From NCBI GenBank assembly GCA_949288185.1, contig CASEIZ010000008.1:891-64890 (forward strand): a stretch of 64,000 bases of DNA. The letters are read 5' to 3'. The position numbers and the translations under genes were made by a program. Position 1 is the first letter of the stretch, and each line of letters begins with the position of its first letter. Origin of the DNA: an uncultured Eubacteriales bacterium (lineage in GTDB: Bacteria; Bacillota; Clostridia; TANB77; CAG-508). The notes under the pieces were generated by a model. The model did not search any database. It saw only the letters and a list, made by a program, of their open reading frames with translations, and was not told the origin of the DNA. Positions 21,921 to 31,900 of this stretch are shown here, piece by piece.

Positions 21921-22394
21921 ATGGAAAAACATGAAATTGGAAAATACATTCAAATTGTATCAAGACAATTAAAAAGAAATATGGACGAAACATTAAGCAA
22001 ATATAATGTCACAGGTGTACAATCTATGGTCATAGGATATATTTATAAAAAATCCAAAAAAGGTGAAGTATTTGCTAAAGATATTGAAGAGGAATTTGAT
22101 ATGAGAAAAGCAACGGTCGCTGGAATTATTCAATTAATGGAAACAAATGGATTAATTGAAAGGAAAGCAAAAGAAGGTGACTGTCGATTGAAAAGTATCG
22201 TGTTAACACCAAAAGCATTAGAAATAAAGGAAGTTGTAAAAAGACAAATAAACATAGAAGAAAAAAATATTGTAAGTGAAATAACCAAAGAAGAACAAAA
22301 GCAATTTTTAGAATTATTAAAAAAAGCATCAAGCAATTTAGAAAATTGTAAAAAAGAAAAATACAATCACAAAGAAAGGAGAGAGAAATGTTAA
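21921..22394 (+). CDS. MarR-family transcriptional regulator
   Basis: wHTH with KATVAGIIQLMETNGLIER...DCRLKSIVLT; ATG 21921 after GAGGTG. Confidence 0.9.
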   Translation: MEKHEIGKYIQIVSRQLKRNMDETLSKYNVTGVQSMVIGYIYKKSKKGEVFAKDIEEEFDMRKATVAGIIQLMETNGLIERKAKEGDCRLKSIVLTPKALEIKEVVKRQINIEEKNIVSEITKEEQKQFLELLKKASSNLENCKKEKYNHKERREKC

Positions 22395-24127
22395 AAAAAT
22401 TAGCAAGTTATATTAAAGAATATAAAAAAGATGCCATATTAACACCGATTTTTGTTATTTTAGAAGTGGTTATGGAGGTTATTATTCCATTATTGATGGC
22501 TAGAATTATAGATGTAGGAATCCAAAATGGTGATGTCCACTATATTCTAGAAATGGGAGTTTTATTAATTGTTTCAGCCATATTATCTTTAACTTTTGGA
22601 ATGTTATCTGGAAGATTTGCAGCAAAAGCCTCAGCAGGGTATGCGAAAAATTTAAGAAAAGCCATGTTTCATAAAGTGCAAGACTATTCTTTTGAAAATA
22701 TAGATAAATTTTCAACATCAAGTTTAGTGACACGTATGACAACAGATGTAACCAATGTGCAAATGGCTTTCCAAATGATTATTAGGATTTTGGTGAGAGG
22801 ACCAATCATGATGATATTTGCATTATTAATGGTTATGTCTATCAGTATGAAATTGTCAGCCGTCTTTTTTGTGGCAATACCAGTTTTAGGTGTGATTCTA
22901 TTCTATATAGCAATAAAGGCACATCCTAACTTCGAAAGAGTATTTAAAAAATATGATAAATTAAACAGAGTTGTTCAAGAGAACGTATCTGCTATTAGAG
23001 TCGTAAAAGCATATGTTAGAGAATCTTTTGAAGAAAAGAAATTTAAAGAAGTCAATGATGAAGTATATGAAAACTTCAAAAAAGCAGAAAAAATTGTTGC
23101 ATTTAATGGACCAGTTATGCAATTTACCATTTATACCTGTATTTTATTGATTTCATGGATTGGTACACAACTAATTGTTGGTGGAGAAATGCAAACAGGA
23201 CAATTATCAAGTATCATTACATATGCATGGCAAATCCTTGCAAGCTTAATGATGTTATCATTTGTATTTGTTATGATTATTATGGCACAATCATCAGCCG
23301 AAAGAATTATTGAAGTCATTGATGAAGAGCCAACCATAAAAGATAAAGAAAATCCGCTAACAGAAGTAAAAGATGGATCTATCAAATTTGAAAATGTCAG
23401 TTTCCAATACAGTGACGAGCAAAAAGATGATAAATTTGCACTGGAAAATATTAATCTAGATATTAAAGCAGGAGAAACGATTGGAATTATTGGAGGAACC
23501 GGAAGTTCAAAATCAACACTTGTGCAATTAATCCCAAGACTATATGATGTTACAAAAGGAAGTGTTAAAGTAGGCGGTGTTGATGTTAAAGACTATGAAA
23601 TACATGCTTTAAGAGATGCTGTAGCCATGGTATTACAAAAAAATATCTTATTCTCTGGAACCATTGCAGAAAACTTAAGATGGGGAGATAAAGAAGCAGA
23701 TCAAGAAGAATTGGAAGAAGCATGTAAATTAGCACAAGCAGATGGCTTTATCAAAGAATTCCCAAGTAAATATGAAACTGTATTAGACCAAGGTGGTACA
23801 AATGTTTCAGGAGGACAAAAACAAAGAATCTGTATTGCAAGAGCTATGTTAAAGAAACCAAAAATATTAATTCTAGACGATTCAACAAGTGCGGTCGATA
23901 CGAAAACAGATGCATTAATTCGAAAAGCATTTAGAGAAGAAATACCAAATACAACTAAAATCATTATTGCACAAAGAGTTTCTTCAGTAGAAGATGCAGA
24001 TAAAATCATTGTTTTAAATGAAGGAAAGATAGATGGAATTGGAACATCAGAAGAATTATTAAAAACAAATGCAATTTATAGAGAAGTATATGAATCACAG
24101 ATGAAAGGAGGAGACGAAGATGCCTAA
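22388..24127 (+). CDS. Multidrug-type ABC exporter, TMD+NBD subunit 1
   Basis: GGTGSSKS, VSGGQKQR, LILDDSTSA (degenerate site of a heterodimer). Confidence 0.92.
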   Translation: MLKKLASYIKEYKKDAILTPIFVILEVVMEVIIPLLMARIIDVGIQNGDVHYILEMGVLLIVSAILSLTFGMLSGRFAAKASAGYAKNLRKAMFHKVQDYSFENIDKFSTSSLVTRMTTDVTNVQMAFQMIIRILVRGPIMMIFALLMVMSISMKLSAVFFVAIPVLGVILFYIAIKAHPNFERVFKKYDKLNRVVQENVSAIRVVKAYVRESFEEKKFKEVNDEVYENFKKAEKIVAFNGPVMQFTIYTCILLISWIGTQLIVGGEMQTGQLSSIITYAWQILASLMMLSFVFVMIIMAQSSAERIIEVIDEEPTIKDKENPLTEVKDGSIKFENVSFQYSDEQKDDKFALENINLDIKAGETIGIIGGTGSSKSTLVQLIPRLYDVTKGSVKVGGVDVKDYEIHALRDAVAMVLQKNILFSGTIAENLRWGDKEADQEELEEACKLAQADGFIKEFPSKYETVLDQGGTNVSGGQKQRICIARAMLKKPKILILDDSTSAVDTKTDALIRKAFREEIPNTTKIIIAQRVSSVEDADKIIVLNEGKIDGIGTSEELLKTNAIYREVYESQMKGGDEDA

Positions 24128-25982
24128 AACCAAAGGAAAGAAAAGAAAGACAATTAAAAGATTATTAAAATATGTAACAGAAGGATACAAATTACAATTA
24201 GCAGTTGTGTTAGTGAGTATCATTATTAGTGCTTTAGTTGGGGTTATTGGTACACAATTTATTAAATACTTAATTGATGATTTTATTACACCACTTTTAG
24301 GAAGTCAGTCTCCAGACTATACAAGATTATTAAATGTGATTATGATAATGGCAGTTATCTATTTAGTAGGTGTGGTTTGTACATTTACATATAACCGATT
24401 AATGGTGAATATATCACAAGGTGTTTTAAATAAAATTCGTACACAAATGTTTAATCATATGCAAAAATTACCAATCAAATATTTTGATAGTAGAACACAT
24501 GGAGACATTATGAGTACCTATACAAATGACGTAGATACTTTAAGACAAATGTTAAGTCAAAGTATTCCACAAGTATTTTCAGCTTGTGTTTCGATGGTAG
24601 CTGTATTAATTGCTATGCTTGCAACCAATATTTATTTAACACTTGTTGTATTAGCAATGGTCATATTGATGGTATTTGTATCAAGATATTTAGGTGGAAA
24701 CAGTTCAAGATTTTTCGTTAAACAACAAGAAGATATCGGAAAAGTCAATGGATATATTGAAGAAATGATGGAAGGACAAAAAGTTGTCAAAGTATTTAAT
24801 TATGAAGAAGATTCAAAAGCAAAATTTGATGACGTAAATGAACAATTATGTGACAGTATGACAAAAGCCAATATGTATGCCAATATTTTGATGCCATGTA
24901 TCATGAATATTGGAAACTTAGGCTATGTATTAGTTGCTGTTATTGGTGGTATTTTATCTGTTAATGGAATCTTAACAATTGGTAGTATTGCAGCCTTTTT
25001 ACAATATGTAAAAGCTTTTACAAATCCATTAGGTCAAGTATCACAACAAATGAACTCTATTATTATGGCATTAGCAGGTGCAGAAAGAATCTTTGATTTA
25101 ATTGACCAAGAAGAAGAAGTGGATGAAGGATATGTAACATTAGTAAATGCTAAAATGGAAAATGGAAAAATTGTGGAATCTAAAGAAAGAACAGGAATGT
25201 GGGCATGGAAACATCCTCATAAAGATGGAAGAATTACTTATACAAGACTTCGTGGCCAAGTAGAATTTGAAAATGTACAATTTGGATATGAACCAAAGAA
25301 ACGAATTTTACATGATATTAGCCTTGTTGCTAAAGAAGGGCAAAAAGTATCATTTGTTGGAGCAACAGGAGCAGGAAAAACAACTATCACAAATCTAATT
25401 AACAGATTTTATGATATCCAAGATGGAAAAATTCGTTATGATAGAATTAATATTCGAAAAATTAAGAAAGACGATTTAAGAAGATCATTAGGAATGGTTC
25501 TTCAAGATACAAGTTTATTTACAGGAACCATCAGAGACAATATCCGTTATGGAAAACTAAATGCAACAGATGAGGAAGTCGAATCAGCAGCAAAACTATC
25601 AAATGCAGATAAATTTATTAAACATTTGCCACAGGGATATGATACCATGATAACTGGTAATGGAGAAGGTTTATCACAAGGACAAAGACAATTATTATCT
25701 ATTGCAAGAGCAGCATTAAATAATCCGCCAGTATTAATCTTAGATGAAGCAACATCAAGTATTGATACCAGAACAGAAAAAATTGTTCAAGAAGGAATGG
25801 ATAAATTAATGAAAGGAAGAACCGTATTTGTTATTGCACATAGACTTTCAACAATCAAAAACTCTGATTTAATCATGGTATTAGACCATGGAAGAATTAT
25901 TGAAAGAGGAAACCATAATGAGTTAATTGCACAAAAAGGAACGTATTATGGATTGTATACTGGTGCGATTGAAATTGATTAA
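24120..25982 (+). CDS. Multidrug-type ABC exporter, TMD+NBD subunit 2
   Basis: GATGAGKT, LSQGQRQ, LILDEATS, IAHRLST. Confidence 0.92.
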   Translation: MPKTKGKKRKTIKRLLKYVTEGYKLQLAVVLVSIIISALVGVIGTQFIKYLIDDFITPLLGSQSPDYTRLLNVIMIMAVIYLVGVVCTFTYNRLMVNISQGVLNKIRTQMFNHMQKLPIKYFDSRTHGDIMSTYTNDVDTLRQMLSQSIPQVFSACVSMVAVLIAMLATNIYLTLVVLAMVILMVFVSRYLGGNSSRFFVKQQEDIGKVNGYIEEMMEGQKVVKVFNYEEDSKAKFDDVNEQLCDSMTKANMYANILMPCIMNIGNLGYVLVAVIGGILSVNGILTIGSIAAFLQYVKAFTNPLGQVSQQMNSIIMALAGAERIFDLIDQEEEVDEGYVTLVNAKMENGKIVESKERTGMWAWKHPHKDGRITYTRLRGQVEFENVQFGYEPKKRILHDISLVAKEGQKVSFVGATGAGKTTITNLINRFYDIQDGKIRYDRINIRKIKKDDLRRSLGMVLQDTSLFTGTIRDNIRYGKLNATDEEVESAAKLSNADKFIKHLPQGYDTMITGNGEGLSQGQRQLLSIARAALNNPPVLILDEATSSIDTRTEKIVQEGMDKLMKGRTVFVIAHRLSTIKNSDLIMVLDHGRIIERGNHNELIAQKGTYYGLYTGAIEID

Positions 25983-26074
25983 TGTCGCATTGGGATCGTT
26001 TTTGTCTCATTGAGATCGTTTGTGTATGCGACATTTTAATGTCTCATTGAGATCGTTTGTGCATGCGACATTTT
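25981..26074. repeat. Tandem of palindromic TGTC[GT]CATTG[AG]GATCGTT units
   Basis: Partial unit 25981-26002 and full units 26003-26037 and 26038-26074; full units end ATGCGACATT, the complement of AATGTCGCAT. Confidence 0.75.
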
Positions 26075-26196
26075 AAAAAATAAGAAAAAAGTCACGTATT
26101 ACACGTGGCTTTTATAAAACTTTTAAATAAAATATATACAAAAAAAATGAATTGTGATAAAATTTGAAAAGAAAAAATAAAGAAGGGGGAAAACAA

Positions 26197-27915
26197 ATGA
26201 AAACAAAAGTCATTGGAAGAATGATCAGTATAGTTATTGTACTAATTTTAATTTTAGGGGGGATTTTTGCCTATATCTATTTTGGAACAGATTTATTAAA
26301 ATCAAATGGGCAACTATTTTTCAAATATTTAGGACAAGTACTTGATGTGCAGGATGGATTTATTGATAGTCAACTAACGGAATACTCAAAGAAAAAATAT
26401 ACTGGAAAATATGAGGATAGTGGAACATTTTCAGCAGAAATTGCTATGAATGGCATAGATTATGGAACCTCACAAGCAGTAAATGATTTTAATATTACAT
26501 ATTCTGGAAAGGTAGATAATACAGAAAGAAAAAATGAACAAAATATTACATTAAATTATTCAGAGGATGTAAATTTTCCATTTAAATACAAATATGCAAA
26601 CGACACAGTAGGTTTACAAACAGATTATGTTTCAAGTAAATATATTGGTATAGAAAATAGCAATCTAAAAGAAATTGCAGAAAAATTCGGAGTAGAAGAT
26701 ACATCAGAGTTTCCAGACACAATTGATTTCTTCAGCGATTTTACAAATCAAGAAACTATGAATTTAACAGAAGATGAAAGGCAACAAATAATTGATACCT
26801 ATCTACCTATATTTGAAGAAAAATTAGGACAAAAAGAATTTACGAAAACAAAAGAAAATGATGTAACAAGTTATTCTGTATCAGTTACAAATCAAGAAAT
26901 AAAAGATTTAATTCTTACTATATTAGAAACATTAAAAAATGATTCTATTTTGATGCCAAAAATGGAGGAAATGTTTAAAAATGCATTAGATACAATGAAT
27001 CAAGCATCTGATGAAGACATGACTGTACAAAGTTTAATTCAAGCAATGATTGATGATATGAATGATGCAGATATAGAAGAAGGAACAAATACGATAACTG
27101 TAACACAAACAAATAGAAAATTATCAGCAATAGCATTAACTATAAACGATACATCAACAACAGTAGAATTTACAATAAGCAAAACAAATGACTCAGGAAA
27201 TCTAACATATGGAATAGAAATGAATGCAACAGATAATGAAACACAAGAAAATGCAAGATATTTCTTTACAGCTAGTTATCAAGGATTAGAAGAATTAGCA
27301 AGTGTAAATGAAAATTATCAATTTGGAATTGTTGGAAACATAGATGGCGAAGAACAAAAAATGATATATACCTTAAATTGTACGGATACCTTTAATGATG
27401 GACTTACAATTGAAGACTTTAAAGAGGATGAAATACAACTATTAAATGACTATAGTGCAGAGGAAATGATAACATTATTAATGAATATAGTAGAAAGAAT
27501 TGGTGAAGTAAACTCAGAACAAATGCAAGATATAGGATTTGATGAAGAAGCTGGAAATCCAATTTTGTATGCTTTCCCACTAACATCAATTGGTCTATTG
27601 ACCTATAATCAAGCTGCTAGTGTGGTTAAAGAAAATTCAATGAGCGAAGTAGAAATGAATGCATTTAATGCAAAATTTGAACAATATGAGGGAGTACAAA
27701 GAGGAACTTCTGTTACAAGTTTGTTACAAGCTGTTGTTACAAACAATATATCAAAATTGTATGATGATAGAAAAGTAGAAGTTAGTGGAGTTGTAACTAT
27801 GGCAAAAGATGCTACAGAAGCACCAACAGAGGAAATCAATACTGGTTCAACATATAACGTAGAGTTGCAATATACAGAAGGATTAGTTAGTGGAATTATA
27901 ATTACAGAACAATAA
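26197..27915 (+). CDS. Membrane-anchored acidic extracellular hypothetical protein
   Basis: N-terminal TM helix; Asp/Glu/Thr-rich body; C-terminal AFNAKFEQYEG motif. Confidence 0.7.
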   Translation: MKTKVIGRMISIVIVLILILGGIFAYIYFGTDLLKSNGQLFFKYLGQVLDVQDGFIDSQLTEYSKKKYTGKYEDSGTFSAEIAMNGIDYGTSQAVNDFNITYSGKVDNTERKNEQNITLNYSEDVNFPFKYKYANDTVGLQTDYVSSKYIGIENSNLKEIAEKFGVEDTSEFPDTIDFFSDFTNQETMNLTEDERQQIIDTYLPIFEEKLGQKEFTKTKENDVTSYSVSVTNQEIKDLILTILETLKNDSILMPKMEEMFKNALDTMNQASDEDMTVQSLIQAMIDDMNDADIEEGTNTITVTQTNRKLSAIALTINDTSTTVEFTISKTNDSGNLTYGIEMNATDNETQENARYFFTASYQGLEELASVNENYQFGIVGNIDGEEQKMIYTLNCTDTFNDGLTIEDFKEDEIQLLNDYSAEEMITLLMNIVERIGEVNSEQMQDIGFDEEAGNPILYAFPLTSIGLLTYNQAASVVKENSMSEVEMNAFNAKFEQYEGVQRGTSVTSLLQAVVTNNISKLYDDRKVEVSGVVTMAKDATEAPTEEINTGSTYNVELQYTEGLVSGIIITEQ

Positions 27916-27977
27916 TAGGATGGGACAGTTATAAAAACATAATAGAATTTAAAGAAATTAAGAAAAGGAGCGGTTTT

Positions 27978-29141
27978 ATGAGTGATATGACAATTTCAAA
28001 GGATATTATCCATATCGGAGCAAGTGATAAAGACATTAAAATATTTGAAAGCCAATATACATTAGAAAATGGAATGAGTTACAATTCTTACCTAATAAAG
28101 GATGAAAAAAATGTTGTATTAGATACCATCGATGAAAAATTAACAGATACATGGTTCGGAAACTTAGAAAAAGCTTTAAATGGTGAAAAACCAGATTATC
28201 TAATCGTTTCTCATATGGAGCCAGACCATGCATATAACATAGGAAAATTAGCTAAAAAATATCCAGAAATGAAAATCGTTGGAAATCAGCTTACCTTTAA
28301 CATGCTTGCAAATTTCTTTAAAGAAATTGATTTTTCTAATAGAAAATTTGTCGTTATGGAAGGTGATGTATTAGATATTGGAAAACATAAATTACAATTT
28401 TTTATGGCACCAATGGTACATTGGCCAGAAGTGATGGTGACTTATGAACAAACAGAAAAAATCTTATTTTCAGCAGATGGTTTTGGAAAATTTGGAGCAT
28501 TAGATGTGGATGAAGAATGGGATTGTGAAGCAAGAAGATATTATTTTGGAATTGTCGGAAAATATGGAATGCAAGTACAAGCTTTATTAAAAAAAGCTGC
28601 CACATTAGATATTCAAATGATTTGTCCTTTACATGGACCCATCTTAAAAGAAAATTTAGGATATTATATAGATAAATATAATACATGGAGTAGTTATCAA
28701 CCAGAAGAAGAAGGAATCTATATTGCATGTAGTTCTATCTATGGAAATACCTTAAAATCTGCTCAAAAATTAGCAGAAATCTTAAAAGAAAAAGGAGCCA
28801 AAAAAGTTGTATTAGCAGATTTGACAAAAGAAGATTGGGCAGAAGCAGTGGAAGATGCCTTTAGGTATTCACATTTAGTTGTGGCATCTTCTAGCTATAA
28901 TGCAGGATTATTTCCACCAATGAAACAATTTTTGGACCATTTAAAAGAAAGAAATTATCAAAACAGAACGGTAGGAATTATAGAAAATGGTTCATGGGCA
29001 CCTTCAGCGGGAAAATGTATGAAGGGGACTTTAGAAGAAATGAAAAATATCAATATCATAGAACCTATGATAACCATAAAATCAACAATGAGTGATGAAA
29101 ATATTGCTCAAATGGAAGAAATGGCAGATAAAATTTTATAG
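27978..29141 (+). CDS. Flavodiiron protein (FprA family)
   Basis: YNSYLI, SHMEPDH, HWPE, FSADGFG, PLHG; flavodoxin SIYGNT and GSWAP. Confidence 0.92.
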   Translation: MSDMTISKDIIHIGASDKDIKIFESQYTLENGMSYNSYLIKDEKNVVLDTIDEKLTDTWFGNLEKALNGEKPDYLIVSHMEPDHAYNIGKLAKKYPEMKIVGNQLTFNMLANFFKEIDFSNRKFVVMEGDVLDIGKHKLQFFMAPMVHWPEVMVTYEQTEKILFSADGFGKFGALDVDEEWDCEARRYYFGIVGKYGMQVQALLKKAATLDIQMICPLHGPILKENLGYYIDKYNTWSSYQPEEEGIYIACSSIYGNTLKSAQKLAEILKEKGAKKVVLADLTKEDWAEAVEDAFRYSHLVVASSSYNAGLFPPMKQFLDHLKERNYQNRTVGIIENGSWAPSAGKCMKGTLEEMKNINIIEPMITIKSTMSDENIAQMEEMADKIL

Positions 29142-29142
29142 A

Positions 29143-29203
29143 TGTCCAATTGGGGACGTTTCTGTTTGGGACATTTTTAGAGATTTTGAGTCCGTCCCCA
29201 AAT
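29143..29203. repeat. Chimeric GGGGACG-core element (subtype C left arm + subtype A right arm)
   Basis: TGTCCAATTGGGGACGTTTCTGTTTGGGACATTTTT 29143-29178 then GAGTCCGTCCCCAAAT 29188-29203. Confidence 0.8.
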
Positions 29204-29240
29204 TACTAAAAAGAATGAAAAATAAAGGTTGGTGATATTT

Positions 29241-29426
29241 ATGTCACGTAAAAAAATGGAAACAGGATTAATTGTAATAAAACAAACAAAATTTGACAAA
29301 ATAAGAAGAGGTCTGTTGATGTTTTTTTATGGAAAGGATTATAAAATATTTGAGAATTATCATCAACTAATAAAAGTAAATAGACCCCAAAATATTATTA
29401 TTCCAAAAGAAATCAAAGACCTTTAA
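29241..29426 (+). CDS. Small hypothetical protein
   Basis: 61-aa ORF with GGTGA SD; LIVIKQTKFDKIRRGL amphipathic segment. Confidence 0.5.
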   Translation: MSRKKMETGLIVIKQTKFDKIRRGLLMFFYGKDYKIFENYHQLIKVNRPQNIIIPKEIKDL

Positions 29427-29447
29427 AATAAATAAAAAGGTGAGAAT

Positions 29448-30422
29448 ATGTGTACTTGTATTACATTTAAAACAAAAGATTATTATTTTGGAAGAAATTT
29501 AGATTTAGAATCTACTTTTGGAGAAAAAGTAGTAGTAACACCTAGAAATTATGAATTTACTTTAAGAAATCATACAAAAATGAAAACAAAATATGCCATG
29601 ATAGGAATGGGAACAGTTGTAGAAGATTATCCCTTATATGCAGATAGCGGAAATGAAAAAGGATTATGTATGGCAGGATTATATTTTCCAGGAAATGCTG
29701 TTTATTTTGAGGAAAAAGAAAATGCTATCAATATAGCTTCATTTGAATTAATTCCATGGTGTTTAGGAAATTTTTCAAGTATAGCAGAATTAAGAGAAGA
29801 GTTAAATAAGATAAATATAACAAACAAATCATTTCATGAAAATATACCAGCTGTAGGTTTACATTGGATGATTAGTGATAAAAAAGAATGTATTGTATTA
29901 GAACAAACAAAAAATGGATTACAAATTTATGATAATCCCTATGGCGTTTTAACCAATAATCCACCATTTCATTATCATGATATGAATATGAACAATTATA
30001 TGAATGTATCAGCTAAATTTCCAACTAATATATTTTCAGAAGAAATTTCTTTACAACCATATGGACAAGGAATGGGAATGATGGGATTACCAGGAGATGT
30101 CACACCAACTTCTAGATTTGTTAGAACAGCATTTTATAAATTTAACTCTATCACAGATGAGGATGAGGAAAGTTCTATTTCTCAATTTTTTCATATCTTA
30201 GATTCTGTTTCTATGATAAAGGGAAGTGTTCTAACAAAAGAAAATCATTATGATATGACCACTTATTCTTCTTGTATGAATGCAAGTAAAGGGATATATT
30301 ATTTTAAAACGTATTATAACAACCAAATCAATGCAGTTTCATTAAATGAAGAAAACAAGAATGGAGATAAGTTGGAAACATATGAATTACCAAGAAAACA
30401 GCATATACAATATTGGAACTAA
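29448..30422 (+). CDS. Choloylglycine hydrolase (bile salt hydrolase)/penicillin V acylase family Ntn-hydrolase
   Basis: Cys2 nucleophile MCT, FGRNLD, NEKGL, VLTNNPPF, LPGDVTPTSRF. Confidence 0.9.
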   Translation: MCTCITFKTKDYYFGRNLDLESTFGEKVVVTPRNYEFTLRNHTKMKTKYAMIGMGTVVEDYPLYADSGNEKGLCMAGLYFPGNAVYFEEKENAINIASFELIPWCLGNFSSIAELREELNKINITNKSFHENIPAVGLHWMISDKKECIVLEQTKNGLQIYDNPYGVLTNNPPFHYHDMNMNNYMNVSAKFPTNIFSEEISLQPYGQGMGMMGLPGDVTPTSRFVRTAFYKFNSITDEDEESSISQFFHILDSVSMIKGSVLTKENHYDMTTYSSCMNASKGIYYFKTYYNNQINAVSLNEENKNGDKLETYELPRKQHIQYWN

Positions 30423-30668
30423 ATAAGAAAAGTGTATACGCAAAAATATATATAAAGCGAAAGTATTACTAAATGATTTATTAATCACATTCGTAATGAA
30501 ATCATTTAATAATACTTTCGTTTTTTATATGGGATTAAATAGGCAATAAAAAATAAAACTAATACACCTTTTTTCTTTATAATGATGAAAAAAGTAAGAA
30601 AACATGCTATAATAGAACAGTAATGATTAACTAATATCATGGGGATAAAAAATAAGAGAGGAAAGAAA

Positions 30669-31739
30669 ATGAAAAATATTAAAGACTATAGTTTAGAAGA
30701 ATTAAAAGAAGAACTAAAAGAAATCGGAGAAAAGCCATTTCGAGCAGAACAAATATATAAGTGGATTTATGAAGCAAGAGTATCTCATTTTGATGAAATG
30801 ACAAATTTATCATTAGAGTTAAGAGAAAAGTTAAAACAAATCTATGAAATAAAAGAATTTAAGATATTAAAAAAACAAGAAGCATCAGATGGAACAAAAA
30901 AATATTTATTTGATGTCTTAGATGGAAATGCTATTGAAACTGTATTAATGGAATATCATCATGGATTTAGTATTTGTGTATCTTCTCAAATTGGTTGTAA
31001 AATGGGATGCAAATTTTGTGCTTCAACAGGAATTCCATTTGCAAGGAACTTAAGTACAGGAGAAATTATCGAACAAATTATGGCAGTTGAAAGAGATGCC
31101 AATGTTAGAATTTCGAATATTGTCTTTATGGGAATCGGAGAGCCATTAGATAATTATGATAATGTGGTAAAAGCCATTCGAATTATCAACCATCCTAAGG
31201 GATTAAATATAGGAGCAAGACATATTAGTATATCTACAAGTGGTTTGGTACCAAAGATATATCAATTAGCAGAAGAAAATATACAATGTACATTATCGAT
31301 TTCTTTACATGCAACAACAGATGAGCAAAGAAGTAAAATGATGCCTGTAAACAATATATACCATATAGAAGAATTATTACAAGCTTGTAAAGACTATATA
31401 GAAAAAACACACAGAAGAATTTCTTTTGAATATGCATTAGCAAAAGAAAATAATGACAACCTAGAAGATGCAAAACGATTAGTGAAGTTGTTAAAAGGAA
31501 TGCTTTGCCATGTGAATTTAATTCCAATCAATAAAATTGAAAATGGAGCATATACCAAAAGTTCAAATGAAAATATCATGAAATTTAGAGATTATTTAAA
31601 TGACCATGGAATTGTGGCAACCATTAGAAGAGAATTAGGTTCAGATATCGATGCGGCTTGTGGACAATTAAGAAGAAAAAATTTGAACGTTGGGGACGTG
31701 TCAAATCGTTCAAAAATTGAACAAAAGGGACAGACCTAA
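30669..31739 (+). CDS. rlmN: Dual-specificity RNA methyltransferase RlmN
   Basis: CVSSQIGCKMGCKFCA, FMGIGEP, ISLHA, DAACGQL; last about 18 codons lie in or after a repeat element. Confidence 0.95.
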   Translation: MKNIKDYSLEELKEELKEIGEKPFRAEQIYKWIYEARVSHFDEMTNLSLELREKLKQIYEIKEFKILKKQEASDGTKKYLFDVLDGNAIETVLMEYHHGFSICVSSQIGCKMGCKFCASTGIPFARNLSTGEIIEQIMAVERDANVRISNIVFMGIGEPLDNYDNVVKAIRIINHPKGLNIGARHISISTSGLVPKIYQLAEENIQCTLSISLHATTDEQRSKMMPVNNIYHIEELLQACKDYIEKTHRRISFEYALAKENNDNLEDAKRLVKLLKGMLCHVNLIPINKIENGAYTKSSNENIMKFRDYLNDHGIVATIRRELGSDIDAACGQLRRKNLNVGDVSNRSKIEQKGQT

Positions 31740-31900
31740 TAAAAATATTTAAATATTTTCTGAAAAACTAAAAAAATTATATACATGTAATTTAATGTAT
31801 ATAATTTTTTATTGCATTTTAAAGTTATATGTATATATGATTAAATCTATCCTTTTTGAACCCCAAATGTCCGATTTGACACGTCCCTAATGGTTCAAAA
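31683..31900. repeat. GGGGACG-core palindromic element (subtype D), left boundary of accessory island
   Basis: TTGAACGTTGGGGACGTGTCAAATCG from 31683; inverted partner CGATTTGACACGTCCCTAATGGTTCAA 31872-31898 overlapping the stop of the 767-aa gene. Confidence 0.85.

Noticed and set aside
25981-26074. Possible mini-CRISPR
   Set aside because: Units abut directly with no unique spacers.
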